Notes under the pieces: generated by a model
Seen by the model: the letters and a program-made list of their open reading frames with translations, nothing else
Database searches by the model: none
What the model was told of the DNA's origin: nothing
NCBI GenBank assembly: GCA_016713585.1
Contig: JADJOV010000025.1
Location: 110,361 to 174,360, forward strand
Direction of reading: 5' to 3'
DNA: 64,000 nt
DNA from: Bdellovibrionales bacterium
Lineage (GTDB): Bacteria; Bdellovibrionota; Bdellovibrionia; Bdellovibrionales; Bdellovibrionaceae
Position numbers and translations under genes: made by a program
In this document: piece after piece, positions 41,142 to 49,883 of the stretch
Layout of the letters: each line of letters starts with the position of its first letter
Numbering within the stretch: the first letter of the stretch is position 1

Positions 41142-41390
41142 ATGACGATGAGAGCAGGTAAAAAAACGGTTCAGACGAATTCGGTCTTTAGTTCAGAAAA
41201 AGCAGACACTAAAGAACTTGAGAATTTAAAAACGACAAAGGAGGCAGCGGCCTTTTTGAAATTAAGCGAGACCTATCTAAGGCAGCTAACCAGTGAGGGG
41301 AAAATTCCTCATTTTAAATTTGGTCGACAAAACCGCTATAGAACAAAGGACCTTTGCAAACTTATACAGCCTGGAAAGACGGGAGTTTAA
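41142..41390 (+). CDS. excisionase-family/helix-turn-helix DNA-binding protein
   Basis: The C-terminal AAFLKLSETYLRQLTSEGKIPHFKFGRQNRYRTKDL resembles the excisionase/MerR-like HTH_17 domain. It lies immediately upstream of the integrase. Confidence 0.65.
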   Translation: MTMRAGKKTVQTNSVFSSEKADTKELENLKTTKEAAAFLKLSETYLRQLTSEGKIPHFKFGRQNRYRTKDLCKLIQPGKTGV

Positions 41391-41391
41391 T

Positions 41392-42495
41392 ATGGGACAT
41401 CGATTTAATGAAAGAACTGGTTTCTGGGAAGCTTCAGCCCATGGCCGACATCCCGTAACAAATATCTCTGTCAGTCTAAGGCTCACCAAGATTGATACTG
41501 AAAAAGAGGCACTAAAGGCAGAGGCGGATTTGAACGGTCAGTTAAAAATCAAACTCCGCAGAATGAAGGCCCCAATGTGGTCAACACTTATGGATAAGGC
41601 AATTACTCAACGACTCAATGATGGTCGATGGTCTGAAGGCACTGCGGACAATGCGAGGGTTCTACTACGTGCAGTCACAAATCAAGAATGGGCCTATAGA
41701 ACAATTGATACCATTTCAACAGGTGAAATTCGTGAGCTTCTAAATGAAAAGCTCAAGGAGCGGTCTCAAACTCATAAGGCATCTGTCGCAAAATATATTA
41801 AAGCAGTTTTTGAGTATGCAGTTGAGAACGGTATCTTACCCAACAACCCATGTCCTCGTATAAAATATAAAGACAATGACAAAATTCAAGGCGTTCTAAA
41901 GATGGATGAAGTTGCGCTACTACTGCGGAGGGCATTTGAAGAAAACCATCCTCATAAATGGCTTTGGGTACTAGCAATTTATACCGGCATGAGAAATGGC
42001 GAACTAATGGCGCTTGAGTGGACTGATATTGATATTGATATTGATACTGAGAACAGAACCATCAAGATAACCAAATCATTTAGCAAGCGATCCAGCGGAA
42101 ATAAATCCACAAAAAGTGGTGATGAGCGCAATGCTGAAATTGCTAAGGAACTTGTTCCATATCTTTTGAAGCTGAAAGAAAAGCAAGGCCAAGACAAACT
42201 TGTTCTGCCAAGAGATAGAAATTGGCTCAAAGGTGAACAGGCCAGAGTTTTAAAAGGTTTTCTCTACAAGATTGGATTGCCAGAAGTCCGCTTTCACGAT
42301 TTACGAGCTTCCTGGGCTACTGCTGTTTTGAAATCTGGTGCAAATCTTGGCCAACTTCAAAGCATGGGCGGATGGCGTGATACCAAAACCTTGAGAAAAT
42401 ATATTCGTAAAGCTGCTCTTGATGTGAAGGGCACCACTGCCAATCTAAAAATTTTAGATTCAGCTAATGTAATTGTCAGCCCAAGGATTGGTTGA
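41392..42495 (+). CDS. tyrosine recombinase/phage-type integrase
   Basis: The catalytic region is present: YTGMRNGELMAL.W.DID, FHDLRASWAT, GGWRDTKTLRKY. The start is taken at the ATG at 41392 (MGHRFNE), 1 nt after the xis stop, rather than the upstream track start at 41293. Confidence 0.85.
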   Translation: MGHRFNERTGFWEASAHGRHPVTNISVSLRLTKIDTEKEALKAEADLNGQLKIKLRRMKAPMWSTLMDKAITQRLNDGRWSEGTADNARVLLRAVTNQEWAYRTIDTISTGEIRELLNEKLKERSQTHKASVAKYIKAVFEYAVENGILPNNPCPRIKYKDNDKIQGVLKMDEVALLLRRAFEENHPHKWLWVLAIYTGMRNGELMALEWTDIDIDIDTENRTIKITKSFSKRSSGNKSTKSGDERNAEIAKELVPYLLKLKEKQGQDKLVLPRDRNWLKGEQARVLKGFLYKIGLPEVRFHDLRASWATAVLKSGANLGQLQSMGGWRDTKTLRKYIRKAALDVKGTTANLKILDSANVIVSPRIG

Positions 42496-42984
42496 TATGC
42501 GCAGACGTGGAATTAGATTTAGCGACCTGGGCCTCGATTGTCGGGGCCGTTCTGATAAGCAGTTAACCTGTCGTTTTTGTGGCTTTGCATGGATAAAAGC
42601 GTGCCATGAGTTTTACCATGGTTATGTTAGTCCACTTTCCTGTGTCTGCCCCATGAAATAATGCAATCGGCTTTTGTGTCTGTTGTATTGGTTCAAAAAA
42701 GAAATTCCTAGGGCCAGTCAGCTTGCACGAGAGTGGCCATCAAAATAAGGAAAGCGACGGCCCATACTTTTTACTATGACTCATAATGAGACAAAAATAT
42801 ATTTCCCTAACCTTATTAAGGTGTTATACATTTATCAGACAAATTTAAGATGATAATAATACAGTCTTTGGTCTAAATAATTGCTATTCTAAGACAGATA
42901 TGCTACATTTAAATATGAGTCTGCCGATCTAAGCAGAACATTTTCTGGGGCAATGCCCATTAAAATCTATGAAAGGAGGCTCTG

Positions 42985-43398
42985 GTGCAAACTTCAGCAA
43001 TTGGCCCTAAAGAGTTAGGTGCAATTAAAAACTACCTTAATATTCTTAGCGACGATCAAAAGGGGTTTCGGCCCGACGTCCTCCGACAAGTGACAGGCTT
43101 GACGCCTCAAAGTCTTTCAAAAAATACTGGCGTGCCTCGTTCACGCCTTTACGATGAAGTCGTTAAATTTAAGCCTTCCTCTGAGTTGATGCGCAAGATA
43201 CTTCATGTCGTTATTGCCACTGATGAAGCCTATGAGCTTATGAATAATAACGGTGCTGACGCAGCATTGTGGCTCAGTTCACCAAGTGCAGTATTTTTAG
43301 GATACAGCCCTTTCGAGGTTTGTCTTCAAGGGCGTGGTGAGGAAGTTATCAACTGGTTGAGAACTCGAATGGGCAAGCAACCTGGTACTGGCTTCTAA
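42985..43398 (+). CDS. Xre/ParS/MbcA-type antitoxin (C-terminal toxin-binding DUF2384-like domain)
   Basis: The C-terminus AALWLSSPSAVFLGYSPFEVCLQGRGEEVINWLRTRMG fits the W....n..LgG..P......G...V...L pattern. It sits 4 nt upstream of a RES-domain gene. Confidence 0.7.
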   Translation: MQTSAIGPKELGAIKNYLNILSDDQKGFRPDVLRQVTGLTPQSLSKNTGVPRSRLYDEVVKFKPSSELMRKILHVVIATDEAYELMNNNGADAALWLSSPSAVFLGYSPFEVCLQGRGEEVINWLRTRMGKQPGTGF

Positions 43399-43402
43399 GT
43401 AA

Positions 43403-44155
43403 ATGGCAAAAACATCTCGCAAAAAAGTCATCAAAAAATCGCTTCAGGTTCAAAGCAAAAAAAGTGGGCTAACCCACCACATTGATGATTTTGAAGGCTT
43501 TGAGAAATTTGCCGAATCAATCTTGCAAAAATTTAAAACAGATAACCAGTTACAGTTGGCTCAGTCTCTTAAGTTTCAAGAGGCCGTTAGCGCCATATCC
43601 TTAGATGCGACCTTTTTGAAAACCTATGATCAACTTGAAAGGTACAGAATTTGTTTTAACGGCCTTGAGCCATTATCAATTGCGGGAAATTTAGCTTGTG
43701 GAGGTCGTTTCAACATTGGTGGTGCACAAAAATCTGAACACTTCGACCATGAAATGGCAGCATGTATTTATGTGGCCTCAAGCATCGAGTGTGCGAAAGC
43801 TGAAACTGGCCCTCATAGAAATCCAGAAGTTTATGAACTATCGCTTTTGAAGTCGGTTAAACTTTGGGATGTTAGGTCGTTGCTTATTGCCCTGGAAAAT
43901 TCTGAAAGCCTTATTGCCGCAATCGATAAGAGTCCATTCAATATGCAATGGTCACTTCAAAAATTTCCTACTCCATCACAAATATTGGGTTCAGCTCTCA
44001 GGAAAATTGGTGGTGACGGAATTCTGTATCCTTCGACAAAACATGAAGGCGGGATTGTGTTTGGATTCTTTGTAAAAGACGAAACTGATGCAAACTCAAA
44101 GTTCAAAGCAACTCGAATCAGCGATGGACAATTGGAACTGCCTGTGCAGAAATAA
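43403..44155 (+). CDS. RES-domain toxin
   Basis: GGRFNIGG (Arg), YVASSIECAKAE (Glu) and GILYPSTKHEGG (Ser) are spaced as in RES-domain proteins. Confidence 0.8.
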   Translation: MAKTSRKKVIKKSLQVQSKKSGLTHHIDDFEGFEKFAESILQKFKTDNQLQLAQSLKFQEAVSAISLDATFLKTYDQLERYRICFNGLEPLSIAGNLACGGRFNIGGAQKSEHFDHEMAACIYVASSIECAKAETGPHRNPEVYELSLLKSVKLWDVRSLLIALENSESLIAAIDKSPFNMQWSLQKFPTPSQILGSALRKIGGDGILYPSTKHEGGIVFGFFVKDETDANSKFKATRISDGQLELPVQK

Positions 44156-44238
44156 AATACCTGACTGACGTAGTCGTGATTTTCTGTAATCGATAGCGGT
44201 TGACAGTTTTAAAATAGCAAGCGATTCTCAATACATAA

Positions 44239-44272
44239 GGCTCAGGGGTTACGCCTGAGCCATTTTTATTTT
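44239..44272 (+). terminator. rho-independent terminator after the RES toxin gene (contains the right copy of the 14-bp repeat)
   Basis: GGCTCAGG-GGTTACG-CCTGAGCC followed by ATTTTTATTTT. Confidence 0.65.
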
Positions 44273-44279
44273 ACAAATA

Positions 44280-44307
44280 CCGGGAACCACCCGGTTTTTT
44301 TGTTTTT
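44280..44307 (+). terminator. second hairpin plus T-run, possibly the native tRNA-Asn terminator displaced by the island
   Basis: CCGGG-AACCA-CCCGG followed by TTTTTTTGTTTTT. Confidence 0.55.
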
Positions 44308-44450
44308 GGATTAAAATTTGGTGCAGAATGTTCGTGAGTAATTCCCGACATCTACAACGAGGGGTAGCGGGGGGAGTTTTTGGTGGGGAGAAGGGGGGTT
44401 TTTGCGGAGATTCCCAAAGAGAAACTTCTGTCAATTGGAGAGGAGCTACC

Positions 44451-44878
44451 ATGAAGGACAAAACTGCTGATCAACTCGTCTCTCAACTTTGGCATCACAT
44501 CAAAAATCAAGAATGGGATCAAGCCAAAGATCTTTTGTCAGAGGATTTTGAAGCCTACTGGCCACAATCAAATGAAAAGTTTAATCGCGATAATTTTATC
44601 GAAGTGAATCGAACGTATCCAGGGACACATAAAATTGAAATTATGAATGTCCATAGTGAACAGGATCAATGGGATCGCGTTGATACCGTAATCTCGGAAG
44701 TGTTAATCAAGTCAACGACGCCTGACGGAAAAGAGATTGAGCTCTTTGCTATGTCGATTTTGAAGTTGAAGATGATGGGGAAGCCCTGATCAGATCTGCT
44801 CGTGAATATTGGGCTGAGAAATATCCAGTGCCTGAATGGCGGAAACATTTGTCAACTCCAAGGGAAGCCATAAAATGA
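44451..44878 (+). pseudogene. SnoaL/NTF2-like small protein, frameshifted
   Basis: A GGAGAGGAG RBS precedes the ATG at 44451 (MKDKTADQLVSQLWHHIKNQEWD...). After about 44755 the sensible continuation DFEVEDDGEALIRSAREYWAEKYPVPEWRKHL is in another frame and ends at the TGA at 44876-44878. Confidence 0.5.
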
Positions 44879-45171
44879 ATCTCTCAAAAGCAGATTTGAA
44901 TATCGAGTTGTCGCCATCTCAACTCATACGCGCAGATAAGTGGCTTCGCAGTTTTTATTCTAAGTGGAAATCCAGAATGAGCGATCCTATTGTTGAAAAA
45001 TGGGTTTCTGAAAATTAGCTCTAGCGTTTGGGACCCTTCCCTAACTAGTGCATTTGAAATCTCGAGGCAATCGCCTCAATTGTGAAGCAGAGAAATCACA
45101 CCATAGTGACTAGCCGGGAGTCCTCCGACCAAGGTCTGTTTATATCTATGTGAACATCCAGCCACACTGAG

Positions 45172-45217
45172 TTGAACAGTATCCACTACACCATAAGGTG
45201 TAGTGGATACTGTTCAA
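45172..45217. repeat. 46-nt perfect palindrome (21-nt arms, 4-nt loop)
   Basis: TTGAACAGTATCCACTACACC-ATAA-GGTGTAGTGGATACTGTTCAA, directly upstream of TTGACC/TTGACA promoter-like hexamers and the small toxin-like ORF. Confidence 0.9.
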
Positions 45218-45262
45218 TATTGACCTTGACAAAGTACGCCAAAAAAGAGTACTCTTCAAAAG

Positions 45263-45430
45263 ATGGAAAAAGTCCTTTTCAACAAAGTAGAAAAGCAGTT
45301 CAAAAAGCTTCCGCATTTTATCGTACTGAAGCTACTGGCTTGGGCAAGATCTGTCGAGCTCAAGGGCCTTCGTGAGGTCAGAAAAATTTCTGGCTACCAT
45401 GACGAGCCTCTGAGAGGTGAACAAACATGA
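45263..45430 (+). pseudogene. truncated RelE/HigB-like toxin remnant (55 codons)
   Basis: Hand translation: MEKVLFNKVEKQFKKLPHFIVLKLLAWARSVELKGLREVRKISGYHDEPLRGEQT*. The F.K..KKLP and GYHDEPL.GE segments resemble the N-terminal half of RelE/ParE-superfamily toxins. The stop overlaps the start of the HTH gene (ATGA). It is below the 60-aa cutoff of the ORF track. Confidence 0.35.
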
Positions 45431-45744
45431 GTACTAAAAATTTGACAACTCGAGACATTGAAAAGCTCTACGGTCCCCTCACTTTTGGCAATTTGCTGAA
45501 GGCTCACCGCGAAGGCGACGAGCTGACACAGGTCGAAATGGCCAAGAAAATCAAACTGTCGAAGCAAGCCCTCAATGACATTGAAAATGGTCGCAAGATC
45601 CCTTCGATCTCACGAGCCGTGGCTCTAGCAAAAAAAATCGGTATTCTGCCAGAGTTGGCAGTCGAGCTCGTTCTGCAAGATCAATTGGACCGTGAAAAAC
45701 TAAAAATGACAGTCAAAGTGAGCTCTGGCGAAAAAGCCGCATAG
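45427..45744 (+). CDS. XRE-family helix-turn-helix protein (HigA-like antitoxin)
   Basis: LTQVEMAKKIKLSKQALNDIENGRKIPSISRAVALAKKIG is a canonical XRE HTH. Confidence 0.8.
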   Translation: MSTKNLTTRDIEKLYGPLTFGNLLKAHREGDELTQVEMAKKIKLSKQALNDIENGRKIPSISRAVALAKKIGILPELAVELVLQDQLDREKLKMTVKVSSGEKAA

Positions 45745-46005
45745 CTTTTTGCGGCAGATGGGGGGGCAAATTTCTTGACCCTGTGGTTTTCTGTCGTTAG
45801 CGTAAAAACAAGTTCAGGCGTTTCAAGTAGTTACAAGGCTCCTACCTCCTGAGCCAACGGTCGACCTCACACTGAGCCATTGAGTCCAGATCATGTAATT
45901 CACAATTACTTTGATTTTTGGTCTCAAATAAATATGGAGGTCACACATGCGCATTCAACATGTTCCGTTCATGACGATATGATATTTAGCAATGCCATCT
46001 CTCGT

Positions 46006-47301
46006 TCAGAAATAACCAGTTAGTCTAAGCATGAATGAATCGTAGGAATCATAGATCCCCAAAAGCGTCTCTGTGCTTCCGTGAATATTAGTTGCCCCAA
46101 ATCCAACTTCATACCCTTCAGTCACGCGTGTAGTTAACTCTGCTTTTGAAAGTGAGCTGTATCCAATGAGATCATAAATGAATCCGATGACTACATTTGT
46201 ATCTTCGCTTAAGGGCATTCGAATCCCTGCGGTAGCAGCTCGAGTGAAAATGGACTGAAAATTTGCAAGTTGACCGTTTTGCGGGGTTTGGCTTTGGTGG
46301 TATTGAATAATGCTGGTCAGAGGTCCGCGCCTAAGGTCAAAGTTTTTCTCCCAGGCCAGAACCTGGGAAGTTGAGCTGCCGGGCACGCTTGGGTGATCTT
46401 GCTGGGGCTGAATTGAATTCCCACCAACCTTAAATAAATTTCCCTTAAAGGGAATGACGAAAAGAGCGCCAACGGATTGGCTGCGAAAGTAGAGAGGTCG
46501 CAGTTTGACCGGAGATGTCACCAGCAGAACATTGGGGTTTATTGACACTAATGTTGTCTGCAGCAGATCTAGATCGATGTATGGTGCATTGGACAGGCCA
46601 CTGAATAACGCAATCGACATGTCCAGGGTCTCGGACTTGAACTGGAGTCGGCCTCCCCAGTTGTTGGATCGCGCATGGTTAATCTCGACAGCAGGTGAGA
46701 TTTCGTACTCAAGGGATTTAGGCACAACCAAAGAATACTTCTCGGTCTCAAGGAAAAGGCGTTTACTTCTTGGCCACCACGGGTTCTTTGCTCCGGGTAG
46801 GCGGGAAGGAATCATTTCTGGAATAAAATAGAAATCAAACTGCAAGGGTCCAGTTTCATAAAGATATCCAAACCCAGGGGAGGAAAGAGGGCTGCCCTCT
46901 AAGGGGTCGGCGAGGTTTTTTTGCATGATGAGATCGAGTGGATTAGAAAAGTCCGTCCCTTCCCAAACAATATTTTGAAAACCAAAACGGAGGCTTGCCT
47001 TTGCGGACTTAAGATCAAAGTAAGTGTCGTTCCAGGTAAGCTGATATTTCTCAGTCTCTTCCTTTGTCAATGAATCAATACGAAAGCTGGGGCTCATTCT
47101 AAGAGAATGGCGGCTCGAAAACCTCGATTTGAGATTGGGTTGAATGATCATGGTAGCAGATTCGCCACTCCAAGTTGGCGAACTTTCAATACTTAATTTC
47201 TTAAATTGAATTCCCACGGTCGCGTCGACTTTTGTTTCGGCACGAATCGTGCCTGTAAACAAGAAGACAGAAGAAAGAGACAAAAGCAGAAGCGTTTTCA
47301 T
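46006..47301 (-). CDS. outer-membrane beta-barrel protein (family unknown)
   Basis: It has a signal peptide (MKTLLLLSLSSVFLFTGTIRA), alternating beta-strand composition and a C-terminal LRLTGYF ending in Phe. Confidence 0.6.
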   Translation of the reverse strand: MKTLLLLSLSSVFLFTGTIRAETKVDATVGIQFKKLSIESSPTWSGESATMIIQPNLKSRFSSRHSLRMSPSFRIDSLTKEETEKYQLTWNDTYFDLKSAKASLRFGFQNIVWEGTDFSNPLDLIMQKNLADPLEGSPLSSPGFGYLYETGPLQFDFYFIPEMIPSRLPGAKNPWWPRSKRLFLETEKYSLVVPKSLEYEISPAVEINHARSNNWGGRLQFKSETLDMSIALFSGLSNAPYIDLDLLQTTLVSINPNVLLVTSPVKLRPLYFRSQSVGALFVIPFKGNLFKVGGNSIQPQQDHPSVPGSSTSQVLAWEKNFDLRRGPLTSIIQYHQSQTPQNGQLANFQSIFTRAATAGIRMPLSEDTNVVIGFIYDLIGYSSLSKAELTTRVTEGYEVGFGATNIHGSTETLLGIYDSYDSFMLRLTGYF

Positions 47302-47687
47302 AATTGTCAGCCACCCCCTGGTTTTGGTTGATTCAGCAGTTCAGAGATTGCTCTGACGTCCAACTGGCCTTCCATTTCGATTTGATTTTCTCCCTCAATA
47401 ATGAGTCAGCTCTTTAAGTTAGATAGAGCGACTATATAGCCGGACATTCTTCCTAAAGCCAGGACATCTTTTTCGTGCTGCCAGAGCCCAACTATTCATG
47501 ACCCTATCGTTAATCAAAAGGGCAGCAAGCCCAGAAGGATCTATTCCCAACATCTCCAGGACCTTGGTCTGATCCAAACCAGAACCAAAACTAAGCCTTT
47601 GGACAATAAAAAACTAGACTCATACAGAGCAAGTTTGATCCGATAGACTATTGAGAATTTTGTTAAAACATTGAGGATGGATCGACT

Positions 47688-48074
47688 ATGAAAAGACAAA
47701 GACTTTTGATTATTGAAGACGCAGAAGAAATTCGAGATGCGATCAAAGAGGTGCTCGACAAAAAATATGAAGTGACAGCTGTCGGGACAGGCGCCGAAGC
47801 CCTCAAGGAAGTTTCAAAGAAATTTTTTACTATGATTTTAATGGATGTGGGGCTTCCTGATTATACTGGATTCGAACTTTGGGAAAAAATTCAGCGAGTC
47901 TCCAAATCGAAAAAAACAGCCATCTTTTTTCTGACTGGACGAGATGATGATTTTAACAAAATCACAGCCTTCAGCCTTGGCGCTGATGACTATCTCGTCA
48001 AGCCTTTTAACCTCTTAGAAATGGAAGCTCGTGTCGACGCTCGAATGCAAAAGCTTCTGGATAAGGCAAGTTAG
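47688..48074 (+). CDS. single-domain response regulator (CheY-like receiver)
   Basis: LLIIEDAEE..., phospho-acceptor context ILMDVGLPD, and DDYLVKPF. Confidence 0.85.
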   Translation: MKRQRLLIIEDAEEIRDAIKEVLDKKYEVTAVGTGAEALKEVSKKFFTMILMDVGLPDYTGFELWEKIQRVSKSKKTAIFFLTGRDDDFNKITAFSLGADDYLVKPFNLLEMEARVDARMQKLLDKAS

Positions 48075-48120
48075 TAACCTCGGCCTGCACAATCCTGATT
48101 TCACAATCTCGCGTAGCGAC

Positions 48121-48948
48121 CTACTCAAGCACCTTCAGAAGGACCGCGAGGGGCTTGTGATCAGAGGAAGTTATTTCTTCCAATGTTCGACCTGATTCGA
48201 CGGTAATTCCTCTTGTCAAGATGTGGTCCAAGATCGGTTTTGGAACTCCATCAATAGCTAGAACGCTCGCTTCGAGGCCAAGTTCGCTTGCCTTTGTGAT
48301 CAGGAAATTCTTACGTGCTGCATTCCAGGTGTTCAAATCACCCGCATAGATTACCGGCCCAGTGTGAGTCTTCACACGCTCCAGGTTTTGCAAAATTTGG
48401 CTTTCAAAAGCGAGATTGTTAACAAAATTAATCCCGTGAATATTCAAAACAAGCAAGGGTAACGATATACCAGCGACATGGTAAACGCCAATTCCTGTCA
48501 CCTTTGGCGTTTTGATGACGGGTTCATTGTTTGGCGTTCTTAAATATTCACTTTGAAATGGTTGAACAGTTCCCCCAGTTACAACGCCTGTAGCTTCCCC
48601 CTTGAAGAAAAAACTGGTAAAAAATGTCCAAGAATAGTTAACCAAAGTATCGAATGCCCGATTCACTACTGGAATTGTATGCCCTTCCTGAAGTAGAATA
48701 AGCTCATACTGTAGGGCAAACGCTAAGAAATCCCGCGACCACGCGTCGCCAGCTGTTGCCTTGTGAATATTCCAAACAAGCATATTGAACTTTTGTAGAA
48801 GTTCCGTGGCGCTCACTCGACGAATTTCGCGAATAACTTGGTCAGGTGGTGGTATCTCAAATTCATTCGCATCAACCTGTGCATAACCCTTGAGAGAAAC
48901 AAATAACAAAAGACCAAATATAAATTTCATCCTTGATAGCCCTTTCAT
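48121..48948 (-). CDS. endonuclease/exonuclease/phosphatase (EEP)-family protein, secreted
   Basis: It has a signal peptide, and the C-terminal SSDHKPL motif is typical of EEP enzymes. Its start overlaps the stop of the upstream lyase gene. Confidence 0.55.
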   Translation of the reverse strand: MKGLSRMKFIFGLLLFVSLKGYAQVDANEFEIPPPDQVIREIRRVSATELLQKFNMLVWNIHKATAGDAWSRDFLAFALQYELILLQEGHTIPVVNRAFDTLVNYSWTFFTSFFFKGEATGVVTGGTVQPFQSEYLRTPNNEPVIKTPKVTGIGVYHVAGISLPLLVLNIHGINFVNNLAFESQILQNLERVKTHTGPVIYAGDLNTWNAARKNFLITKASELGLEASVLAIDGVPKPILDHILTRGITVESGRTLEEITSSDHKPLAVLLKVLE

Positions 48949-49883
48949 TCAATTATTCCTTTCGGCATTAGAAGCCCAGCACGACTTACCATCGATGGTA
49001 AAATTCGACCGGTTCTGTTTTCAAACCATTTGCTCACCTCAATCAGTTCCTTAATACTATATCCAGTTTTAACCTTAAGTCCATCGAACATATAAACCAA
49101 ATCTTCAGTGGCCACATTCCCAGAGGCTCCTGGAGCGTAGGGACATCCCCCCAAGCCACCAAAACTAGAATCAAAAACCTTGACCCCAAGCTTATAGGCC
49201 GCGAATACATTCGCAAGTGCTTGCCCGCGTGTATTGTGAAAATGTCCCGCCAATTTGGCGACAGGAATAGCCACTTTGAGTTTTCTAAACAAAGAATCAA
49301 CTTGACCGGCATTGGCAACGCCAATGGTATCTGCAATTGAAACTTGATAACACCCAAGCCCAACAAGTTTTTTTGCAAGCCGAACAACCTTCGCTTCGCT
49401 CACTGATCCCTCATAGGGGCAACCAAAACTCACACTTAAGTGAGCACGAACTTTAACATGATTTTTTTTTGCAAGAACCATCACCGGAATAAAACGATCA
49501 AAACTTTCTTTGATTGAACAATTAATGTTTTTTTTTGAAAAGGATTCTGTGGCGCTCGCGAAAATAGCAACTTCCTTCAACCCAAGATCCAGCGCTTGAT
49601 TCATCCCTTGTCGATTTGGAACCAGCGCGGCAAATTCAACCCCTTTGCGGGACCTGCCTGTCCCAGTCAGTTGGTCCTGAACCATTTTTATGACCCTGGA
49701 AGTGTCTGCCATTTGCGGAACCCAAGTCGGGGAAACAAAGGATCCTATTTCGATTTTTTTGGCTCCAGCTGCGATCAGCTTCAAAACGAGCTCAACTTTT
49801 AAAGCGGAATCTAAGGAAATTTTTTCATTTTGCAAACCATCCCTAGGGCCCACCTCAACTAGTTCAACATGTTTTGCACTCAT
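48945..49883 (-). CDS. hydroxymethylglutaryl-CoA lyase
   Basis: VELVEVGPRDGLQNE, HFHNTRGQALAN and GLGGCPYAPGASGN motifs are present, in a liu-cluster context. Confidence 0.9.
   Translation of the reverse strand: MSAKHVELVEVGPRDGLQNEKISLDSALKVELVLKLIAAGAKKIEIGSFVSPTWVPQMADTSRVIKMVQDQLTGTGRSRKGVEFAALVPNRQGMNQALDLGLKEVAIFASATESFSKKNINCSIKESFDRFIPVMVLAKKNHVKVRAHLSVSFGCPYEGSVSEAKVVRLAKKLVGLGCYQVSIADTIGVANAGQVDSLFRKLKVAIPVAKLAGHFHNTRGQALANVFAAYKLGVKVFDSSFGGLGGCPYAPGASGNVATEDLVYMFDGLKVKTGYSIKELIEVSKWFENRTGRILPSMVSRAGLLMPKGIIE

Larger units (their letters stand above)
37821..44268. mobile_element. putative integrative genomic island at the 3' end of tRNA-Asn
   Basis: An exact 14-bp direct repeat CTGAGCCATTTTTA lies at 37821-37834 (tRNA 3' end plus 6 nt) and at 44255-44268. 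Between the copies are an xis-int pair, a toxin-antitoxin module and low-GC DNA. My hand counts of 60-nt lines give 38% at 38101, 37% at 41161 and 27% at 42781, against 55% at 33061 and 45% at 48181 outside. Confidence 0.5.

Noticed and set aside
42473-42661. 62-aa Cys-rich ORF overlapping the integrase stop.
   Set aside because: It has no RBS or recognisable zinc-finger spacing and is as short as chance ORFs. It cannot be supported without conservation data.
44836-45018. 60-aa ORF; a 47-aa version would start at the ATG at 44875, overlapping the repaired SnoaL-like stop.
   Set aside because: No homology was recognised and its length is within the chance range. The possible translational coupling (ATGA) is noted but is insufficient.
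47302-47687. Minus-strand fragments translating to ..GSGLDQTKVLEMLGIDPSGLAALLINDRV.. and ..IEGENQIEMEGQLDVRAISELLNQ.., suggestive of a broken HTH or STAS-like small gene.
   Set aside because: Linking them needs three frameshifts, and the similarity is only impressionistic. I treat the region as the divergent promoter between the OMP and response-regulator genes.
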